A stretch of DNA of 63,342 nt, the filler included, from Reticulomyxa filosa (taxonomy: Eukaryota; Protista; Foraminifera), in assembly GCA_000512085.1 (NCBI GenBank). It is 12 parts of 12 records of this genome, joined end to end, with 100 filler letters (N's around TTAATTAATTAA, not from the genome) between each part and the next. Parts side by side here need not be neighbours in the genome. Positions count along the whole stretch, not along the records: positions 48,144 to 53,629 come from ASPP01026163.1; positions 53,730 to 56,243 come from ASPP01012888.1; positions 56,344 to 58,572 come from ASPP01011675.1; positions 58,673 to 63,342 come from ASPP01028500.1; 8 more parts are not named here. The stretch is one strand, 5' to 3'. The translations under genes and the position numbers were made by a program. A model generated the notes under the pieces. That model was not told where the DNA came from. It ran no database searches and saw nothing but the letters and a program-made list of their open reading frames with translations. Below are positions 51,501 through 63,342 of this stretch, one piece after another (positions within the stretch are counted from its first letter, which is position 1; each line of letters begins with the position of its first letter).

Positions 51501-53581
51501 TTGGGATAGCTTTCCAATGTCTCTTTATAGTGCTTTACCGTCCAGAGATCACGTTCATTGGTTTTATTCCTCGATTTCATCTTCACAAACTTTTCAATAT
51601 AGCCATGGATTTGTTGCCGTGAAAAAGGCCATAAATACACCATCGATGTTTTGACTTGGGTTTGTCTTTGATTGGATCCCATCAGCACTTGTTTGATATC
51701 TTCATCGCCCAGCACATAGCTTCGACAAGTGAGTATGATTTTTGCATTCCATTCGCCTAGATTGAAGCGATTATAAAAATAGCTTTCATTATCGTTTGTC
51801 TTGGCCTTGTTGTAACTATCGAATATCTCATCAAACCCATCCAAAATAAATACAAACGAGACATTTTCCCGGAGTGTACTGATCATCTCCTTGCCGATTT
51901 GCTTTATCTGCAAGGCCTGTGATATCAGTTCTTGTTCATTCGAATTGCTGTAGCATTTGGGCAATGAGATATATACAGGGATGGATGAAGTACAATGATT
52001 ATCATAATTTTCCCATAACGTCGTCTCCAAATAACGACAAAACAAGCTTTTGCCGGACCCCGATTTCCCTTGCAACACCATCACCTCTTTTTGCTGCTGA
52101 TCACTTTTGCTCTCCAAAAACTCGATCACATGTTGATGACAGTCATAGGCATCACTCTTTTGTACGTTGCTATCACTTTCGATATACGCATAATGTTTGC
52201 CTGCAATGGGACATGTGTAGCAAGTGCCTGCGACATCGCCACATCTTCCGCAAGCTCCTGCTTTCTCACATCTTGCAACAGCAATGCCACATCCGCGCAG
52301 CTGGCCGGATTGGCTTCGCCCATAATATATTGTTTGAAAAACTCAAACAAAACCACATACATTGCCTTTCCTTTCATCTTTGTTGGATTGAATGTACAAA
52401 GTTGGTGATACACAAACTTGGTCAATTTCAACTGTATGCTGACATCAATTTGCTCTTCTGTCACTCCTTTTAATTGTGGAGGCTCCAGTATTCTCATATC
52501 CGAATGCGATTTGTAACGCGATGCAATCTTCTTGATCGCCTTTTCGTCCATCCATTCACAAATTATATCATTGATCTTAGTTAGTGTTTCATCACTTGCT
52601 TGTTTCAATTCCTCCTCTTCTTTTGACAAGTCACTCGGCTTCCACGCCCTTATCTGCTCATAAAACAAGTGGCTCAATTTGGGATTCTCAATCACAGTGT
52701 ATCCTTCCAATGTCGTGAAATTCTTCAATGTCGCTTGCATTTCAATATATACATCATGCTTTGGAACATACAATTTAATATTATGGAATCGATGATGTGT
52801 CTTTGATTTCTTGTCAAAAAAGTCTTTGTCTTCAGACACAATCAAATTGAATTGCTCTGCTTTTTTCATCACTGCAACTGCAGTTTGCAATTTCGTTGGA
52901 TTGTCACATAAAATTGTAAATCTTCCAATATCAAATGCTTGATTAAAATCACCACCATAATCTGCTTGGATCTTTTCCAATAGTCTTTCATTCCCTTTCA
53001 AATTCGGTGGCTTCACAACTGTAATTTCATACTTTTGCAATTCCGTCACCAAATTGGTGATCTCAATGCTTTTCATTGCATTTTCACTTCGTTCTCTCAA
53101 ATCTTCAATACTCTTTGCATGTTGTCTAATTTTATTTGCTTTCAACTCATAAGAAAACCCAGGCTTGATCACATACGAGCTTTGGTAATGATTATCTCTC
53201 ACTGTCACCAACTCCCCACTTGCGCAAATGGAATACTCTGCATTGAAAAACATTGCCTTCACAATCAATCCAACAGTTGACTTGCTGCAATCAGGACAAT
53301 TCAATGAGGCCTTATCAGATATAAACGAAATTGCATTGAACCCAATATTTACCCAAACGGGCAATTTGCCCTTTGAGGCCAAGCAATTTCCATTCAAGCA
53401 AAATCCTTGCACATTTATTCCCGACTCGATTTCTCCAATTTCCGTTTTCTCCTTTTCTTTCTCTAAACTCTTCACCGTCTCCACTGTATTCTTTTCCTTC
53501 TCATCTTCTACAGTCTGTTTCTGTTCACTTTTAGCTTTTGATCCCAACTCCTCGTTTTTATTCTTTGTTATTTGAGTCCAT
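48574..53581 (-). CDS. NLR-type STAND receptor: Cys-rich domain, RelA/SpoT-like NTase, NACHT, pentapeptide repeats, 14 WD40; intronless, broken by single-base frameshifts
   Basis: CLNGNC...CPDC; LKGNERLLEKIQADY...DIGRF...HHRFHNIKL...IEMQ...HLFYEQIR; Walker A GKSGSGKS; Walker B FVFILDGFDE; IILTCR; PFLL; FLHKSCQEYYAA; AAANAATIL plus pentapeptides; 14 GH...WD repeats. Confidence 0.92.
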
Positions 53582-53729
53582 CAACACAATAACATTTTTT
53601 TGTAAACAATATGATCAAACAACAAAAAANNNNNNNNNNNNNNNNNNNNNNNNNNNNNNNNNNNNNNNNNNNNTTAATTAATTAANNNNNNNNNNNNNNN
53701 NNNNNNNNNNNNNNNNNNNNNNNNNNNNN

Positions 53730-53765
<36 letters not shown>

Positions 53766-53767
53766 AA

Positions 53768-54215
53768 AACTTTGATTCCAATGTAAGGGTACTCTGGTGT
53801 AATGTTCCAGACCTCTAATTGCTCTTGGGTGATGTTGGACAGTTTTTCGATTTTAATGCCAATAACGGCTCCTATTCTTGCTCGGCTTTTCAAGTCAGGC
53901 ACTGCGGAAAATAGTGGGATCATGTTGATTTCGACACAATTGTTTGTTATGGCTTCCACGGTCACGGTTGGGATTTTGTTGTCGATATGGAAATCGGACT
54001 GTGGCTGCTTCATGTCGTGCACGCTCTTTTTCGTTTCGCCGTCTTCAAAGTCGTCCCAACCTGCATCTCCTCCGTCATCATTCCAACCGTCATCTGCATC
54101 TCCGGTAAAGTCATCGTTCCCCTCCTGCGCCAGCGTGTCCTTCATCGCTTCGTCGTCATCAACATTGACTTGATCTGTAAATTCATCCGTAGCATCCCAA
54201 CCCTCGCCAGACATG
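53768..54215 (-). CDS. Hypothetical protein, first exon, acidic N-terminus, truncated
   Basis: ATG at 54215, GC-richer coding-like ORF, ends at GT plus poly-T intron at the contig edge. Confidence 0.6.
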
Positions 54216-55623
54216 TTCACTACTTTTCAGGGAAAATGTACAATTATGTGTCTTATGAAACTACACCTCCAAAAAACCCTTTTCCTCTATTTTTTTCACG
54301 ACGCGTACTTTTCTATGACATATTAAAATTTGGTCAAACTAATGAGAGAGCCAAGTTGCGTGTTACAATATTTATTAGGGTAAGTATTTTTAAAAAATTT
54401 TATGAAAGAAGGTGATACTTTTATCGTCTAGACAAAGTAGTCTAGTTTGACACAACAATATGCTATTTTCAAATATTTCAAGAATAGTTACAATCGTTTT
54501 ACGTGTAGAATGAATGGAACATCAAGACATTGGCTGACAAGGCCAATGAAAAGTAACTCTTCCAAAAACAAAATAAATAGATCTTTGTTTAAAGTGCTGT
54601 TTTAATAAACATAGACAATTCCGCGTGCAATAATGCTTTTCTCATAATGACTGGCATGGATCAAACATCAAAAATTGCTTATTTGCATAATGCACAAAGT
54701 TTAGTGTTTTTACGTGTCATTTTGAATACACTTTTTAAAATAATGCTGATTATAGTAAAGGTTTACATTAATACATGTTCCTCAAAAATCGCTAATGAAG
54801 AACAATAAAATTATTCATATAACATTTGTTGGTTTATGTAGCATGGGGCTATTGCTTTTTAATGAAAAAAACAAAATAATTCATATATCATTTATAGCAA
54901 CACTAGCAAAGAAAGAAACAGATCAATACATTAAAGTTAAAGTAAAAAGCTTTGTATGTGAGTTGATGTGATGAAATCTGATAACAGTTACATATTAAGA
55001 AGAAATTTTATATTGATACGATACAATCATGTGACAGTAGCATTTGAATATTGATTATTATTCCAAAGCGAAGCAATAAAGCAAATGAAGTGTGCCTTTG
55101 TTTATTTTACAGCTATGTCATGTACAACATATTTTGACAGCAAAGCAGCGCAAAAAAAAGACAAATGTTATGAAAAAATTAACAACAAATCAGATATGCT
55201 GTTCATATAAAGGAATACTGGTTTGAAGATGAATAATTGATCAACAGAAAAAATACTAGCAAAACTGATTACTTTATTGAAAATAGTACATCAAATGAAA
55301 TGTAAGTAGAAAATAATGTACGACTTCAAGTTCGCTTTTGATTGTTGATGGTCATATAAACATGCAAATAAGAAAAACGATTTAACTTAAAAAATAAACA
55401 ATCAATTAAAGAATTTCCTTGTTCATCTAGGGCTTTTATTCTTCAATTTTTTTTACTGCTATCGCAACTTGGCTTGAAGTTGTTGTAAAGTATCTCTTGG
55501 ATCCTGAAGTAAAATTTTAAGGCAGAATAATAGCAGATTGAACAAATGATAGGCGAAATTTAAAGTGGATATCATTGAAAGAAATTCAAAAAATGCACTT
55601 TCTTTGGCAAATTCCCGGAAGGA

Positions 55624-56205
55624 ATGGAGCATCTTCACAATCAGATTTTTTTGAAGCCAAATTTGTCAGTTGGTGAAAATGATATATTAAGTGACCCCGC
55701 AAAATTTCCTCAATTTATTCTCGATACCAGTTCTAACCCTTACGAAAGCAAGAACATAAGAACGTTTACACCATCGAACAAAAATGCGTTAGCGCCAAGC
55801 AATGAGAAAAGCCTACAAACAAACAGCATAGAATCGAATGTGAAGAAGAGTGAGGAAACAAAAGATGCAGTAATAGGTGGAAATGCAAATGTAGAGATAA
55901 GTGAATATCGAACAAGACCGTTGATAATAATGCCACCGATCTTAAACGCGCACGGAATGAGCAAGGACGAGAATGAAAAAAGGAGATCCAAGCTGAGGTT
56001 GAAAGAAGAGGAGGAAGGAAAAGAAGACGAAGACGAAGAAGATGACGACGATGAAGAAGAAGAAGAGGAGGAGATGAAAAGCAAGCACAAAAAGGCAAGA
56101 ATTCGATCCAAAGAAGAGTTGGCAGCGATTAATGTGAAGGTAGTAGAATGGAAGGAGTTCAAAGAATACTTATATAACAAAGTGAGCAAAGGTTCGAACG
56201 GAGTC
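55624..56205 (+). CDS. Hypothetical protein fragment with acidic tract
   Basis: Open ~190 codons with E/D run; truncated by intron and contig end. Confidence 0.5.
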
Positions 56206-56206
56206 C

Positions 56207-56243
<37 letters not shown>

Positions 56244-56394
56244 NNNNNNNNNNNNNNNNNNNNNNNNNNNNNNNNNNNNNNNNNNNNTTAATTAATTAAN
56301 NNNNNNNNNNNNNNNNNNNNNNNNNNNNNNNNNNNNNNNNNNNTTTGTCCTTTTTGTTTTGTTTTGTTTTTGGTCACCTTTTTCTGCTGTGTGT

Positions 56395-56837
56395 TTTTTA
56401 TCCCTTTCGTCGCGATTGAATTGATAATGCTTCTTAAGAATATCATAATCGGTTTGAAATTTTGCTTCTCTTTGTTTCTTGATTCGTTCCAGCTGAGACG
56501 CACGATTTGTGACAAATTGTTTGTGTCTTTCATATGCATTGGCCGCCTTGTAGTGCACGCTTGGTCTGTTTTAAAGGTCAACATGTATAACCCAAGTTAT
56601 CCACGTTTAGTTTTCTCGTCTTAGTCGTGTTTCTGAATGTCTTAACCCATAGTTTGGGACGATAATTTGACTTTTCACAGCTACTGGATTTACACTTGAT
56701 GTTGGAGGATTTGTATGTGAAGACTCGATCTTTAGATCTTGCGCTTCATCTTCATCCAACAACGACTCACTGTCAGGATCATCTCGATAGCTGCTGGTAA
56801 GATCTAGACCCAGAGAAGCTGGATTATGACCAGACAT
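56395..56837 (-). CDS. FRA10AC1: FRA10AC1-like spliceosome-associated protein, N-terminal part
   Basis: NAYERHKQFV...FQTDYDILKKHYQF matches the FRA10AC1 AYxRHKxFV...TDxDxIxxxHxF pattern; frame break near 56600. Confidence 0.75.
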
Positions 56838-58316
56838 ACCAAAATGAACTATTTTGGAACGAACCCGTTCCTCCAACTTTTTCACACGTAAAGAAAACTA
56901 GACTTAAATCAATGTTCTTTTTGATTGATTGAAGTTATTAAATTTTGTCAATCATAAAATGCGGCTGACAGCAAAACTTTCGCAATAACCGCTCAAACTC
57001 AAAATGTTAGGTAAATATATTGCTCATCCCTCAAAATTGCTCGTAGCAACTGTGAAAGTCGCATAAACTACTTTGTTTAGCACCAAAGTTTGTTTGTTAC
57101 TAAAAATTTTTTCTTATCTGAGAAAAAGATTAAACAGACTTGGATTTCTTTATTTTTCTGCCAGACAATGTTTTTGAATCACCGTGATAATTTTACTTTT
57201 TTCTAAAGAACAAATAAAACTAAAATTTCTTTTTCAAATGAAGGAATTTTACTATTATTAAATTTACACTTTCGTTAATGTATTTTTTTAACCATAAACA
57301 TAAAGATGCAATTTACTATATATGAATATTAATCATTTTTTAAAAAGTGTGATGCATGTGCAATTTTTCGGCACCACCATATATATATTTATATCTAAAA
57401 ATTGATTTTATTACTTTATTTGAAAAAAAATACTGGTAACATGAAGTGAATTTTATTCATATCTTTGTTTTTTTTATAGTAAGTAAAGTAAACTTAGTAA
57501 AAATAGATACTATTATCTTTTACATGAATTACACTTTTTATTTTGAAAAAATTAATTTTAGTTTTGTAATAGATTTTTTGCGCTATAATAATACATTCTA
57601 AATACTTTCTAGTTATTTGCTGAACAAAAATGAAACAATTTCGTAGTATGCATTCGTTGATGCAAACTTATAGAGTTTTAGCATAACAAATGATCAAGTA
57701 ATTCAATGACATAAGCATCAACGTATTGAACTTTCAACACATTATGTTTTTCTCAGTTTGTACAATTATTTTGCGAAGAAAAAGCCTGTTTTTGCATGTT
57801 GTAACACAATTGGATGTCAAATCTTATATTGATAGAAAATAGAATAACATAAATGCATACATTGGAAGACACTTTGATTTTTCAAAAAATCAAACAAAAG
57901 AACAATAATGCTCACTCAAGCTTTTTTCTTTGTTGGGCTAATGATTGAATGACTAGCAAATATAGTCTATCAAAAAAGCATTTTATCTCATTGAAAAGTA
58001 ACAAAAGGACGTCCGATTTCAACTGGTCAAACAAATAAAAATTAAATCCTATTATTCTGCTTTCAGACAAGGCCATTTAGAAACCTCAAGTTCTGATACA
58101 GAAAGATTGCTGAACGTTCAGATTTTGTTAAACACAACATGCAAATACATCAATTTAGACGCAAAAACAAAAAAACAACTCAAAACTCCACACAAGTTTA
58201 TGCTTCTCACAATTTTGTCATCAATTGACGTTTCAAAAAATAAAAAGAAAGGGCAAAGGGGGAAAAAAAAAGAGAAGACAGATCTTTGGGAATTTTGTTT
58301 TTGGCTTTTTTTTGGC

Positions 58317-58552
58317 TTATTTGGCTTGGGACAAAACAATGGCCACAATCAGACCGTATAAACCCAAGGCTTCTGCGAAGATCAAAATCAAGATCATTCC
58401 AACAAACAATGCTGGTTGTTGTCCATTTGCTCTCACACCAGCATCTCCAACAATGCCTATTGCCATGCCTGCTCCTAAAGCTGACAATCCCACACTTAAA
58501 CCACTTGCCAAATGAGCATAGCCTTTGTAGTGGGTATAGCCTGATGATTTAA
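58317..58552 (-). CDS. ATP6V0C: V-type ATPase 16-kDa proteolipid subunit c, last exon
   Basis: [64 protein letters not shown] with conserved Glu. Confidence 0.97.
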
Positions 58553-60484
58553 CTACAAAAAATAAAAAAAAANNNNNNNNNNNNNNNNNNNNNNNNNNNN
58601 NNNNNNNNNNNNNNNNTTAATTAATTAANNNNNNNNNNNNNNNNNNNNNNNNNNNNNNNNNNNNNNNNNNNNAATATTTTATAATAAAAAAAATATAAGT
58701 GAAAAAATAAAAAAGAAAAAAAATGAAAAAAAGATTACAATTATATTTTTTTTTTTGAAAAATTATGGTATCACGTTCGTGGACAGCAGCAGTTTAGTAT
58801 TATCCTTTTTTCATTTGTGTTTAAAACAAACCTTAAAGCATACTTATAACATTATAGATATTATCTCGACGATTCAAAAGCTAGCTGCAATACTTTGGCG
58901 AAGAATTCAACAACTATCCACAATTGCTATTCCAAGTCAGTTCTGGGATTGCCTTCAAATGCCAATAAACTTTATCGTGGTATCATAACGAAGCAATGCA
59001 AATCGAATGAAGCTGTTCAAATCTATTGATTCAGAAAAGGCCAGCCAGTTGAATGAATAAGTAGCTACCTTCCTCTTTTTTCAATTGTCTATAATTAATT
59101 TGTTGTTTCTGTATATATATATATATAGATTTCAAACAACAAAAATTTTGTCCAAGTGAAACAGTTAAAGATTACTAATATTTTGTTATGTGCATGATGG
59201 CATGTAATGCGTATCCATTGTCAGTTGCGTTTTTGGCTGAATCGGCAGCAGATGATTTTACACTATTAGCCTCGTGAACCCCTCAAATAATCTTGGTGCT
59301 TAGATTGACCATATTTGATATTTAATTGTTCATGGCAACAAAGCTTGAAGATAATAGAGCTTCCAATTTGTTAATTTCATTGAGTGGCTACCAAGGATAA
59401 TATAGATGGTGTGTTCTATTTAAATTTTTATTATATTTTAATTTGTAATGTGTCTTACTCAAACATGTAAGCATCGATCTTTTCATTGTAGAATGATTTA
59501 TTTTAGATTTTACATAAAAGGAAGAGAAAGAGGAAAACAAGAAGAAAAAGAAGGATATGAAGGAAAGCAAGGATAAGAAGAACAAGAACAAGAAAAACAA
59601 AACAAGACAGAAAAAGAAGAAGAAAGAACATGAAGAAGAAGAACAAAATGAATAAGAAGAAAGAGAACAAGAAGAAAAAGAAACAGAAAAATAGTATGAA
59701 TGAAAGAGAAAAAAAAATCGACGAATAGTATTAGTGATATATGATCAATGTCAAGAAAATAACAAATGATGATAAATCGTGCAAGAAATATACTTATTAA
59801 GAGAAGAAAGGATGAATGCGAGAAAAGGATCAATACACGAATTATTATGTGCTTGCAAGCCTCCATTCAAGTCACTCCAAAGCAACAATGCACATAATAG
59901 GCTAAACATTAACATCTTCCTTTACATGTATTTGTGATTACGTTATTTGTGATCCTCCCCTCAACAACCAAAGATGCATCAAAGCAGTTCCAAGATACAA
60001 TTGATATCGATTTATTGAAAAATATTAAAATCGTAGTATACTACCGTCAAGTGGGATTGGCAGGAAATGATTCGAATACTTTCGAAAGAAGATTGAAGTT
60101 AAGAGTAATTGGTTATTTGTGCCTTTCTTTCTAAATAATTTTCATTAATTTGTTTGTTATTGCTTTTGTTTTCACAACAACTAGAATGTGCTAAGTTTCA
60201 CAAACAGTGAAGACAATGAAATCGCAAATGAAGAAGAAGAAGGAGAAGACAAGTATAAAAAATGATGAAGCAAATACTATTGTCTTGGTGATAATGAGAA
60301 GAGTCACAAAACCTATAAAAAAATTTGTTTGCAAACGATGTTCAAAAAATAATAGTATGGTGACTCTTCCATGATAAATGACATCAACAACAGTGAACAA
60401 TATCAATGAAAAAGACTCATGAAGAGATATGGACCAGGAAACAATATTGGGAGTGTCATTTACATTCAATCGAACACAGATTGA

Positions 60485-61209
60485 TTGATCTTTTCCAAGC
60501 ACGACATTCGAATCAAGAAAGTAATTGCCGTCTTGCTCACAGTGCACACATTCTCAATACCATATCTCGTCCTTGTGATAATATCAATGTTTCCAATGGT
60601 CAATCGTTTAGCCAATACACGAATACTGCCAATCATTTTGCGTCGATGCAATATCGATATTCCATTTATGTCCAGAGACAGACCAACAGCTCAACACATT
60701 TTACAATGATCAAAGCATTGTATTAAATATGAATAAATACAAGGCTACAAATATTGCCTTCCAATTGGTCGCCATTGCTATTGGCTTCGTTCATTGCTAG
60801 TTTATTACAATCACTTGAGATGATGTTGATATTATTGTTTAATCTTGGAGTCACAGTTGTATCAACGTATCTCCTCTTTCTTCTTCTTCTTCTTCTTCGC
60901 TTCATTGCATTGGTTGCTGAAAGACGCTTTCGATTGTATCATCATCGCCGTCATTATGAGATTCAATCTGTATTGCAAAGCGCGTTGCTGCAGCAGGAGA
61001 AGCAAATCAAGTATACGTATTATGGACTTCGGAATGCATGCAGACAGCTTGGAAATGAAAAACAGTATTTGCGGCAATATACAAACTTGTGCAATTTTGT
61101 CCGTCCAATCCATTCAATAATAATCTACGATGCAACAAGAACATATTTGATTCTTCCACATTTTGTTTTTTTTTCTTTTGAGTCTTATTGTGTTGTTACC
61201 ATGATGTAA
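60485..61209 (+). pseudogene. Disrupted membrane-protein-like ORFs
   Basis: Hydrophobic ORFs 60485-60709 and 60754-61209 separated by stops and a frame change; no family recognised. Confidence 0.3.
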
Positions 61210-61649
61210 ATTGGTTTGTATTTTAATTGCGATTGTCTGTTTTCAATATTGTCATATTTTTGAAATCTTTTTTTCAACTATCATTTATTCGAATCAAAAA
61301 TATGAACCAGTTAATTGAATTAATCTTTTCATGCATTCTTCTCTATTTCTGCAGTTGAAGACATTTCGTCTCCAAGTGTTTCCTTCTTGGAGAGTTTGTT
61401 TGTGCATTCATTTTTCTAAACTTTTGTGATGAATAATGCTACCTGAGAAAAAAAAAAACAGCCTTTTCTTTTTAAAAAGTGAAAATATGAGATATTCTTT
61501 AATAGTGATCCAACTGATTGAAAACAAAGTGAACAATAAGTTAACATATTTTAAACAACGTATACAAAAATGTAAAAAAATAAAATCATTAATCACCTGG
61601 AACATGTGCACACTCAAAACTAATTTAAAAAAAAAAAAGTGTCAGTAGG

Positions 61650-62250
61650 GAGCAAACGGCTAAAAAGAGACAGTAACATACTGTGACGTGGTCTCAGGTG
61701 ACACCAAAGTACAGCAGGAACCTGGTAAGACGATTCATGCAGATGGTCCTTGTGGAATAAAATTATAAGAGAACAGGGTTTTATTTATATCAATCTCAAA
61801 TGCGATAAATTTATTCTGGGCGAGTTCCAAAATGCACTGTGTCTGTGCCGTGACAATGGGTCATGAAGGTCATTTGTCCAGGTTTCCCCCCACCCCCTCA
61901 GTGTATCCATAGATGATGATCATATCACTTTGAGCTACGTATACTTGCGGATTGAGGGAAGTACTGATGCCATCCGAAAATGCGTGATTGGAAGAAATTC
62001 TTGCGAAAACTCAAACAATTTGTTTGTGTTCGAGCAAGCCATATGTTAATGTCACAAGGATAAGTTGATACGCTGTTGTGTTCGTTTGCCGACATTCGTC
62101 ACACAGACCCAGTCTTCTCACTTGGTTGCACCCAATGCAAGGGCCATTCGACAGATATATGCTCATGGCTCTAGTCGTTACCAGTGCCTTCCACACAGCC
62201 AAAGTGCTAAAACATAATACCCACCACAATAACTCACTTTTTTTCATCAT
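61650..62250 (-). pseudogene. Disrupted secreted-protein gene, possibly tyrosinase-like
   Basis: Signal-like MKKSELLWWVLCFSTLAVW; fragments FGWHQYF and HHLWIH*GGGGKPGQM resemble type-3 copper-site motifs; many stops. Confidence 0.3.
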
Positions 62251-63342
62251 TTTCTTTTTGTTTGGATATTCAATATCTATAGGCACTCTAAAAGATCATT
62301 GATTACAACATCAAAAAAACTTGTTTTATTCTCAGGACCCGTTCCGCTGTGCTTGTTTAACTCATTAGCATCATATTAAATAAATAAAAAAAAACTATTT
62401 TCCAATTTTTATTTCTCACCATTAATACATTTTTTATTTATTCGTATATCACTAATTTGTATTCCCACACATTCACGTAATTGTTATTTTGACGAACTTT
62501 TTTCTCCCTTCATGCTTATTCATGATAGTCTTTCTTCTATTATACACATTAAAGAAGTTGAGATATTTGCACAACGCACTAACGTTCTACTCAATTGGCA
62601 TGCTTACCCTGCTGTTCATCCCGCTGACGTGGCCTGTCAGCCTGTCGGTATCAATACCTTATCTCTCGTATGATGCACCCGTGATGCTGTTAGTGCAAGG
62701 ACATAATCTCTTTAAAAACGTAGGATTCAATAGAGACACTCATCCCGACAACATCTTGATCATTCCCGAGGACGTTTCGGGTCTATCGATCTACGGTTAG
62801 TTAAAGTACCTTTTCAAGGAGAGACTCACTCACTTGGCCGATCATAACTAGGAATGTACTATTGAAAAGGCCATTACTTCAGGATTATCAAACAATGGAG
62901 CCAATTTGTTTTGCAATTGATAATATGTGCTTTATTTTTGTTGTTATTGGTTGTATCCAATTCTTAATTTTTATTATCTTTTTTTGCTTTTCATAAACCA
63001 AAACAACAGATCGTAAATTTTTTTGAGAAGTGTTTTTTTGTAGATTAAATTGGTATTGGTGTTTCTTCTTAATATTTAAATGATAAACAAAATACTGCGA
63101 CTTGTGATACCTTTGAGAGAAAGAAAAAGTTTCCTTTTTTTGCAATCAAAGTATAGTTTTATTTATCAAGCTGGAAAACAATTACTTTTTTTTTTCAATT
63201 TGAGATCTGCTATTTACTTGAAAAAACTTGAAATATATCTACTTGAAATACATCAACATTGTAACAGAAGAAGTGAAAAATAGCAAATGGTTATTGTTCC
63301 GACTTACTTATATATTTTATTGTTAATTTTTTTTTTTTTTTT

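Noticed and set aside
53768-53960. Faint resemblance to the N-terminal region of PARP6/8-like proteins
   Set aside because: Too little sequence and no catalytic motif before the contig end.
7020-58672. Recurring TTAATTAATTAA palindrome flanked by Ns as a biological repeat or CRISPR-like array
   Set aside because: Fixed 100-nt artificial linker; also means no gene-cluster inference is valid across spacers.
1-63342. rRNA, tRNA, CRISPR arrays, prokaryotic operons or an alternative genetic code
   Set aside because: None recognised; conserved genes have GT-AG introns and end at standard TAA/TGA stops.

Overview
Eukaryotic, AT-rich, intron-containing genomic DNA using the standard code. It is not one locus: 12 short contigs are joined by 11 artificial 100-nt spacers (N44-TTAATTAATTAA-N44, stops in all six frames), so neighbourhood is only meaningful within a contig. 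Gene content and style suggest a rhizarian protist such as the foraminiferan Reticulomyxa (inference only). Housekeeping genes: Rieske ISP, GT61 glycosyltransferase, eL13, SAM50, V-ATPase c, FRA10AC1. The most notable content is a set of candidate innate-immunity genes: an intronless Cys-rich/RelA-SpoT-like/NACHT/pentapeptide/14xWD40 NLR-type receptor, an ankyrin-RelA/SpoT-like-ankyrin protein, a head-to-head pair of OAS/CD-NTase-fold proteins lacking catalytic aspartates, and an RNF213-like AAA+ protein. Also present: a probably catalytically dead phosphagen kinase with a large insertion, six copies of a ~220-bp TG...CA element with 4-bp TSDs (solo-LTR-like), and Tc1 and non-LTR retrotransposon remnants. 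All family assignments come from motif recognition by eye, not database searches; exon boundaries are approximate.
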